31,983 bases of DNA from an uncultured Planctomycetaceae bacterium (GTDB lineage Bacteria > Planctomycetota > Phycisphaerae > UBA1845 > UTPLA1), in contig CALLKH010000350.1 of the NCBI GenBank assembly GCA_938008425.1, forward strand, positions 1 through 31,983. The letters run 5' to 3'. The notes under the pieces were generated by a model. It did not search any database and was not told the origin of the DNA. It saw only the letters and a list, made by a program, of their open reading frames with translations. A program made the translations under genes and the position numbers. Below are positions 8,087 to 14,609 of this stretch, piece after piece. How positions within the stretch are numbered: the stretch's first letter is position 1; every line of letters starts with the position of its first letter.

Positions 8087-11000
8087 ATGAGAAGAAACCA
8101 AATTGTTCTGCTGCTGACCGGCGTTCTGGCTCTGATGACAACGGCGGCGGCAAACGCGCAGGTTGTCATCAACGAAGTGCTTCAGAACCCGGAGGGCAGT
8201 TCCGACGAAACGTGGGAATACATCGAGCTGTACGGCCGCCCGGGCATGGACCTGACGGGCTACGCGATCATGGTCATCAAGGGCGGTCGTGATCTCGACG
8301 ACAATGGCGTCTTCGATGTCGGCGAAGAGGTGCCGGAAATCGATGAGGCGTTCAGTCTCGACGGACTGTCGCTAGGAGCGAACGGCTTCCTCGTGCTCTA
8401 CAACGATACCGGCGGGTTCAGCAATCTGATTGATCTGAATCTGATCGATCCGGCCGCCACCATCGCATCATTCAACGCCACCCACATCCCGTCGACCGAC
8501 GTGGCCGGAAAGCTGGGCAACGACGGCTCGTCCACCTACGTGCTCGTTCGAAAGCGGTTCGATCACTCCATCAATGGATCTGGCCAGAGCGTCTACGGCC
8601 CGGACTACGCGGTTCGAAAGGACGTCCGGCACGACGTGAACGCCGACGGCGTTGTGGATTTCGGCACCGAGGTGAATCTGATCAACACGTTTGAGCCGGC
8701 GATGCGGGTTGAGCCATACCAAATGGTCGACGATCTCGCCTGGTCGCACGACAACGGTAGGGAATACCACCGCGATCCGCAGTTTGAGATCGAGGAGACG
8801 CCGGGCTTCAATCCCGACATGGTCAGCCGCCTGCGAAACTATCTCTCGAATCCGCAGCGCGGTTACGCCACCAGGGGCAACGCCGGCGGACCGTTCACCA
8901 TTCAGCAGACGTCAATCGCCGACGAGTCGTTCATTTACGGCGAGATGACCACGAGCTTTCCGGGTCCGGGGTTCTTTGAGTACACGACCGCCACCGATCC
9001 GGTCTCGGGCTACATTCGCACCAAGGCGCCAACCGATCCGGCTGCCACGCCGTACAGCGGCTCATGTGATCCGGAGCCGGACAATCAGCCCAATCCCGGT
9101 TGCGCGGCGAGCGCAGGCGGGGCGTATCACATGACGGACCTCGCCTTCGTCGGCTTCAAGCTCACGCCGGGTACCTTCAACGATCATCCCACCGATGCGA
9201 ACCTTCGACAGTTCCGATTCGTTCACGGCGACTTCAACAACGACGGGCAGATCAATCAGATCGACCGGCGGCTGATCGAGGATCGCGTCGGCCGAACCCT
9301 CGATGACACCGAGCCCGCGACCTACGACCCGACGCCGGGCCAGCCGCTCAGTGGAGACGAGGTCGCTTACGATCGCTACCTTCGCCAGGGTGTCGAGTTT
9401 CAACTGGTGCTTCACATGCGTGAAATGGACACCGACGACGGTCCCGGCGGCACGAATGCCGAAGACGTGACACAGGACGACGTCGCCGCCTTTCTGGCGC
9501 TTTGCCCGGTCTGCGGAAACGTCGGAACGCCGCCCGCGGTTCGAATCACCGAATATCTCTACAGCGGCCTGGGCGGAGAATTCGTCGAATTCACCAACCT
9601 CTCCGGCGGACCGGTCGACCTGACGGGCTGGAGCTACAGCGACAACGCCCGCCTCGCGGGGCACGTCGATCTCTCGGCCTTCGGCGTCGTGCAAGACGGC
9701 GAGTCGGTCGTGCTGACGGAAATCGATCGGGCGCTCTTCGCGGTTCGCTGGGGTCTGTCGGGCGTGAAGATCATTGGTGATGTCACGGTCAATCTCAGTC
9801 GAAACGATGAGATTAATCTCTACGACGCGTCGGGCAATCTGGCCAACCGATTGACTTACGGCGATCAGGATTTTCCCGGCTCGATTCGGACGCAGCGATT
9901 CTCCGGCTGGCCGTGCGATACCGCGGTCGGGGCCAACGCCATCGCGAACTGGCGGCTGTCGCTCATCGGCGGTGACGCCCAGTCCTCGTTCTTCTCCAGC
10001 GCCGGCGATGTCGGCAGCCCGGGTTCCTTCGCGCTCAGCGACTGCTCGACCACCATCGCAGTCGGCGCCTGCTGCACCGCCGGCATTTGCGCCAGCGGCC
10101 CCGGCATTACGCAGGCCTTTTGTCAGCAGACGGGCGGCATCTACCAGGGCGACGACGTCAGTTGCGGCAGCGTCACATGCCCGCAGCCGAGCAACGCGGT
10201 CGTGCGAATCACCGAGTACATGTACAGCAGCCCCGGCGGTGAATTCATCGAAATCACCAACATGGGTGCGACGCCGGTCGATATGACCGGCTGGAGCTAT
10301 GACGACTCGGCGCGAATCGTCGGTGCATTCAGCCTCAGCGCCTTCGGCACGCTTGCTGCGGGTGAATCGGCTGTCATTACGGATGCCGACGCGGCGGCAT
10401 TCAGGACCTTCTGGGGCCTTGCCGGTTCGGTGAAGGTGATCGGCAACCTGGGGCTCGCCGGTGTCGGCAACAATCTCGGCCGAAACGACGAAATCAACAT
10501 CTTTGATGCCTCCGGCGCCGTCGTCGATCGCCTGACCTACGGCGATGAGAACTTTCCCGGCACCGTCCGGACGCAGAACGCCTCCGGCTGGCCATGCAAC
10601 TTCGCGGTCGGCGCGAATGACATCACCGGCTGGGTGCTCTCGGCGGTGGCCGACGCACAGGGGTCGGTCACGCTGGGCGGCGCGACGGGTCGGCCCGGAT
10701 CGTTCACGCTCGCACCCTGTGCCGGCGGCGATCCGATCGGCGCGTGCTGCAATCTCGACGGCACCTGCAATGATGCACTGACGCAGGTCGTCTGTGAGTC
10801 GGGCGGTGGCACGTGGCAGGGCGCGGACACCTTGTGTGCGAATGTCCAGTGCTCGCAGCCGTCGGGGCCGATGATGAGAATCACCGAGTGGATGTACAGC
10901 CCGGTCGGAACCGCCGGTGAGTTCGTCGAATTCACCAACATCGGCGCCACGCCGGTGGACATGACAGGCTGGAGCTACGACGACGACAGCCGAATACCCA

Positions 11001-11590
11001 CCACGGTCAGTCTGTCGGCGTTCGGCGTGGTCGCGCCGGGGGAATCGGTCATTCTTGCGGAGTCCGACGCGACGGTGTTCCGAACCGAGTGGGGGCTCGC
11101 AGCGACCGTCAAGGTCATCGGGCTCAACGGCACCAATCTCGGTCGAAATGACGAAATCAACCTTTTTGACGCGACGAATACGCTGGTCGATCGGTTGACC
11201 TTCGGCGATCAGCTCATCCCGGGTTCGATCCGAACGCAGGGCGCCACCGGATGGACCTGCCTTGAAAACCTCGGCGCGAACGACGTCATCACCTGGCAAT
11301 TGTCAGTGGTGGCCGACGCCCAGAATTCGATTGCTGCGACGGGCGGTGATGTCGGCAACCCGGGTTCATACGTGCAAGCCCCGTGCGTGACGCAGTGCTG
11401 CCCCGGCGACCAGGATGAGGACTACGCCATCACAATCGGGGATATCCCCGGCTTCGTGAACTGCGTTCTTGGCAATACGCCCGTCGGCGACTGCGGCTGC
11501 TCTGACATGAACGGCGACAGCGTCATGAACGGACTCGACATCGGGCTCTTCGCGGCCGTTCTGGTGAACAGCCCCGGCGCCTGCCCGTGA
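8087..11590 (+). CDS. Large secreted protein with four lamin-tail-like domains, cysteine-rich GACC linkers and dockerin-like Ca-binding modules
   Basis: Signal peptide MRRNQIVLLLTGVLALMTTAAANA|Q; N-terminal VVINEV...EYIELY; three repeats starting (V/M)RITE at 9539, 10202, 10874; GACC...C...C...GG..QG....C linkers after the first two; dockerin-like GDFNNDGQINQID (9227) and C-terminal CPGDQDED...SDMNGDSVMNGLDIGLF. Confidence 0.8.
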   Translation: MRRNQIVLLLTGVLALMTTAAANAQVVINEVLQNPEGSSDETWEYIELYGRPGMDLTGYAIMVIKGGRDLDDNGVFDVGEEVPEIDEAFSLDGLSLGANGFLVLYNDTGGFSNLIDLNLIDPAATIASFNATHIPSTDVAGKLGNDGSSTYVLVRKRFDHSINGSGQSVYGPDYAVRKDVRHDVNADGVVDFGTEVNLINTFEPAMRVEPYQMVDDLAWSHDNGREYHRDPQFEIEETPGFNPDMVSRLRNYLSNPQRGYATRGNAGGPFTIQQTSIADESFIYGEMTTSFPGPGFFEYTTATDPVSGYIRTKAPTDPAATPYSGSCDPEPDNQPNPGCAASAGGAYHMTDLAFVGFKLTPGTFNDHPTDANLRQFRFVHGDFNNDGQINQIDRRLIEDRVGRTLDDTEPATYDPTPGQPLSGDEVAYDRYLRQGVEFQLVLHMREMDTDDGPGGTNAEDVTQDDVAAFLALCPVCGNVGTPPAVRITEYLYSGLGGEFVEFTNLSGGPVDLTGWSYSDNARLAGHVDLSAFGVVQDGESVVLTEIDRALFAVRWGLSGVKIIGDVTVNLSRNDEINLYDASGNLANRLTYGDQDFPGSIRTQRFSGWPCDTAVGANAIANWRLSLIGGDAQSSFFSSAGDVGSPGSFALSDCSTTIAVGACCTAGICASGPGITQAFCQQTGGIYQGDDVSCGSVTCPQPSNAVVRITEYMYSSPGGEFIEITNMGATPVDMTGWSYDDSARIVGAFSLSAFGTLAAGESAVITDADAAAFRTFWGLAGSVKVIGNLGLAGVGNNLGRNDEINIFDASGAVVDRLTYGDENFPGTVRTQNASGWPCNFAVGANDITGWVLSAVADAQGSVTLGGATGRPGSFTLAPCAGGDPIGACCNLDGTCNDALTQVVCESGGGTWQGADTLCANVQCSQPSGPMMRITEWMYSPVGTAGEFVEFTNIGATPVDMTGWSYDDDSRIPTTVSLSAFGVVAPGESVILAESDATVFRTEWGLAATVKVIGLNGTNLGRNDEINLFDATNTLVDRLTFGDQLIPGSIRTQGATGWTCLENLGANDVITWQLSVVADAQNSIAATGGDVGNPGSYVQAPCVTQCCPGDQDEDYAITIGDIPGFVNCVLGNTPVGDCGCSDMNGDSVMNGLDIGLFAAVLVNSPGACP

Positions 11591-11642
11591 TCGATGCGAT
11601 CTGACCCACTCCACCTTCTGATTCACTTCAGAAGTTTACCCT

Positions 11643-11686
11643 TGCGGCCGATCGGTTCTTTTTGAGCCGATCGGCCGCATCTTTTG
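11643..11686 (+). terminator. Intrinsic terminator after the LTD gene
   Basis: TGCGGCCGATCGGTTC-TTTTT-GAGCCGATCGGCCGCA (16-bp stem with one G:T) followed by TCTTTTG. Confidence 0.75.
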
Positions 11687-11930
11687 TCTCGCCCCGCGCC
11701 CATCGACCAGAGTCCAATCCTCTCGACCCGATCCGATTCACCCTGAATCGGCCGGCCCATCCGGCGCGGGTTCACGGCCACCATCCGGCATGAACCGCAA
11801 AATTCGCCGGATGCCGTACGGTGCGATTGGTATTCCCGGCCGGCGCCGTTTCCGATCACAAGCCGTCGTCGCGATTCGCCGACAACAGGAAGGGAGCGTC
11901 CACGCGCGCACCGCCGAGGGAGTCATCATT

Positions 11931-13292
11931 ATGAGACTGACGATCATTGGAAGCGGCTATGTCGGCCTGGTCACCGGAACCTGCCTGGCCGACTGCGGCA
12001 ATCATGTCTGCTGCCTCGACATCGACGAGGCCAAGATTCGCTCGCTCGGCGCCGGCAAGTGCACCATCTACGAGCCGGGGCTAGAGGAGCTGATGAACCA
12101 GAACATCCGCGCCGGCCGGCTGACGTTCACGACGGATGCCGAGAAGGCGGTTGCCCACGGCGAGATCATCTTCCTTTGCGTCGGCACGCCGCCGAGCGCG
12201 GACGGATCGGCCGACCTCTCCGGCATCGAGGCGGCGGCCAAGGTCGTCGCCGGGCGCATGACCGAGGCGAAGATCGTCGTCATCAAGTCGACGGTGCCGG
12301 TGGGAACGGGCGACCGGATCGAGAAGATCATGCGTCAGATGACGCGGCATCCGGTGGATCTCGTCAGCAATCCGGAGTTTCTCAAGGAGGGGGCCGCGAT
12401 CAGCGACTTCCGCGAGCCCGATCGCGTCGTCATCGGCGCGGTCAATTCGGAAGCGGCCGAGGTGGTCCAGCAGCTCTACCGGCCGATCACACCGACGAAC
12501 ACGCCGATCATCCAGGTCAGCCGGCGTGCGGCGGAGATGTGCAAGTATGCGGCGAACAGCTACCTGGCGATGCGAATCAGCTTCATCAACGAGATGGCGG
12601 CGATCTGCGAGCGGGCCAATGTCGACATTGATGAAATGAAACTCGGCATGGCGACCGACCGGCGCATCGGCTCGCATTTTCTCTATCCCGGCGTCGGCTA
12701 TGGCGGAAGCTGCTTCCCGAAGGACGTGCAGGCGCTGGCGAACGTCGCGGAGAAGGTCGGCTGCGAGCCGCGAATCCTCAGGTCCGTGCACGACACGAAT
12801 GAGCGACAGAAGCACGTGTTCATCGATCGCATTCGCGACGAGTTCGGCGGCGGCCTCGCCGGCAGGAGATTCGCCGTCTGGGGTGTCACATTTAAGGCAC
12901 GAACGGACGACATTCGCGAGGCACCGGCGCTGACGATCATTGAGGGCCTGCTCGAAGCCGGCGCCGACGTGACGGCTTACGATCCGCAGGGGCTGGACAA
13001 TCTGCGGGCGATGTACAACGACCGGCTGACTTACGCGGGCGACGCGTACGGGGCGCTCTCGGACTGCGAGGCGCTGCTCGTTCTCACGGAATGGGACGAG
13101 TTTCGAAGCCCCGACTTCGATCGCATCCGGCAGTGTCTCAAGCAGCCGGTGATCTTCGACGGCCGCAACCTGTACAACGCGAAATGGATGCGACGAAACC
13201 GATTCACGTATTACTCGATCGGCCGTCCGCCGGTGCATGCGGATGCCGAGGAGCGGGCTCGCGCCGAGGAATACGCCGACGCGCTCGGATGA
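11931..13292 (+). CDS. ugd: UDP-glucose/GDP-mannose 6-dehydrogenase family protein
   Basis: IIGSGYVGLV Rossmann motif, IYEPGLEE, FLCVGTP, VIKSTVPVGT, SNPEFLKEG, AEMCKYAANSYLA, PGVGYGGSCFPKD (catalytic Cys), FKARTDDIRE, IFDGRN. Start at ATG 11931. Confidence 0.95.
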   Translation: MRLTIIGSGYVGLVTGTCLADCGNHVCCLDIDEAKIRSLGAGKCTIYEPGLEELMNQNIRAGRLTFTTDAEKAVAHGEIIFLCVGTPPSADGSADLSGIEAAAKVVAGRMTEAKIVVIKSTVPVGTGDRIEKIMRQMTRHPVDLVSNPEFLKEGAAISDFREPDRVVIGAVNSEAAEVVQQLYRPITPTNTPIIQVSRRAAEMCKYAANSYLAMRISFINEMAAICERANVDIDEMKLGMATDRRIGSHFLYPGVGYGGSCFPKDVQALANVAEKVGCEPRILRSVHDTNERQKHVFIDRIRDEFGGGLAGRRFAVWGVTFKARTDDIREAPALTIIEGLLEAGADVTAYDPQGLDNLRAMYNDRLTYAGDAYGALSDCEALLVLTEWDEFRSPDFDRIRQCLKQPVIFDGRNLYNAKWMRRNRFTYYSIGRPPVHADAEERARAEEYADALG

Positions 13293-13335
13293 CGCACTGA
13301 GGCGTTGCTATTTCGGCGGGCGTCAGGTGCCGGCC

Positions 13336-14028
13336 TCAGTCGGGCTTCCTGAATAGACACAGGTCACGATCATTTCTCGCGACAATGGCGAGGCCGTATT
13401 CGCGCGCGATCCAGTCCATGGTGCGATGCGAGTAGAAGGCCACGTGGGTCGGATCGCGCGCGTACCACCAGCTTGCGATGGAATCGGGTCCGGCGTGAAA
13501 ACGCGTCATGACGGCCAGAACGCCCCGCGCCGCGACGAGGGCCGCCAGGCGGTCGAAGTCTTCGCGCGGCCGGGTGAAGTGTTCGATGGTTTCGGTCGAG
13601 ACCACGATGTCGAACGCCGGCGTCTCGGCAGCGATCGCCTCGAGCGGCCTCGTGTAATGCGGGTCGTAGCCGACGGCGTCGTAGCCTTCGCGGCGAAACA
13701 ATTCGACGAGGACCTGTTCGGCGTGACAGCCGTAGTCGAGGAGGGTGGCGGGCGACGGCTGATGTTCGACCACGAGCGCGATCAGTGGTGCAAAGGTGGC
13801 GACATACCCGGCATCGTCGATTGTATTTCGATGACTGTCATAGCGGGCCTTTTCGCCCGCGGTGTCGAGATGCAGGCGCTGCGGCACAGAGATCATGTCG
13901 CAAGTCTGACAGTGCCGGAAACTTCGATGGTGGGCGTCATCGAGGTCGACGACGGCCGACACGCAAAGCGGACAGTCTTGCGGCGATGCGACGGCGTCGG
14001 GTTCGGTTGATCGGGGGCTTGAAGTCAT
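13336..14028 (-). CDS. Class I SAM-dependent methyltransferase with an N-terminal CxxC...CxxC Zn site
   Basis: CPLC...CQTC, EKARYDSHRN, LLDYGC, GYDPHY, FDIVVSTETIEHF, WWYARDPTHVAFYS. Confidence 0.8.
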   Translation of the reverse strand: MTSSPRSTEPDAVASPQDCPLCVSAVVDLDDAHHRSFRHCQTCDMISVPQRLHLDTAGEKARYDSHRNTIDDAGYVATFAPLIALVVEHQPSPATLLDYGCHAEQVLVELFRREGYDAVGYDPHYTRPLEAIAAETPAFDIVVSTETIEHFTRPREDFDRLAALVAARGVLAVMTRFHAGPDSIASWWYARDPTHVAFYSHRTMDWIAREYGLAIVARNDRDLCLFRKPD

Positions 14029-14286
14029 CGTGCAAGCGTCATTTCTCTTGAGTTCGGGCAGCGGATTCGCATCTGATTGGGCGTCCCACGTGGGGCGGAT
14101 TCGCCGGATTTTTTCGGATTAGGCTCGGTCCCAGGATGCTGATTTTATCGGACTTCAGGGGTCGATTCAGCGTCAAATTCAGCAGCAGCACGATGTTAAG
14201 GAACGGTTAACGGCGACCTAGGGAATCTCCCCGACGCCCGCCTGTGTTTTTTTCCTAAGTTTCATGGCTGGATAGCGTTACGCGCC

Positions 14287-14333
14287 ATACCATATTTTGT
14301 AAGGATTTCGTTGACACATACTATATCTTGGGG
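14287..14333 (+). promoter_or_regulatory. Tandem NrdR boxes upstream of nrdJ
   Basis: ATACCATATTTTGTAA (14287-14302) and ATACTATATCTTGGGG (14318-14333) fit the acaCwAtATaTwGtgt consensus, lie 31 bp apart and precede a ribonucleotide reductase gene. Confidence 0.8.
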
Positions 14334-14339
14334 TATTTC
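14311..14339 (+). promoter_or_regulatory. Sigma70-type promoter for nrdJ
   Basis: Perfect TTGACA (14311-14316), 17 nt, then TATTTC (14334-14339). The second NrdR box fills the spacer. Confidence 0.55.
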
Positions 14340-14609
14340 TTCACCTGCCCTCAAGGGCAAGTCGAAGTGTAACCGAAATCAATTCCGTAGGGATTCGAGG
14401 AGCGGAAAGGATCGACTCTGGTGGAACCGGGTTGATCCAGTCGGTGTTTCGTCGACTTTGCTGTCTGGCGAGGGAAATCTGGGGGCGGTGCCGTGGCGCA
14501 GCTTCGGAAGACCCAGCTTCCGGAGTCGCAGTTTATTGACTGGTTTTGTTGCCCCGTCGGCTTTTTTGACGGGACGACCCTGCTAAAGAAAGCTTGAGCG
14601 GTGGGAAAC

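Noticed and set aside
9062-11299. 745-aa antisense ORF over the LTD gene
   Set aside because: Shadow frame of a high-GC gene; Arg/Gly/Asp-rich with no motif, and its repeats only mirror the plus-strand repeats.
9539-11400. Nucleotide-level repeats as a CRISPR or mobile repeat array
   Set aside because: They are in-frame ~670-bp protein domain duplications with divergent third codon positions.
14346-14609. Cobalamin riboswitch ahead of nrdJ
   Set aside because: Only AGGGAA resembles it; the conserved CCCCGCnACTGT and AGnCAGnAnACC elements are not visible.
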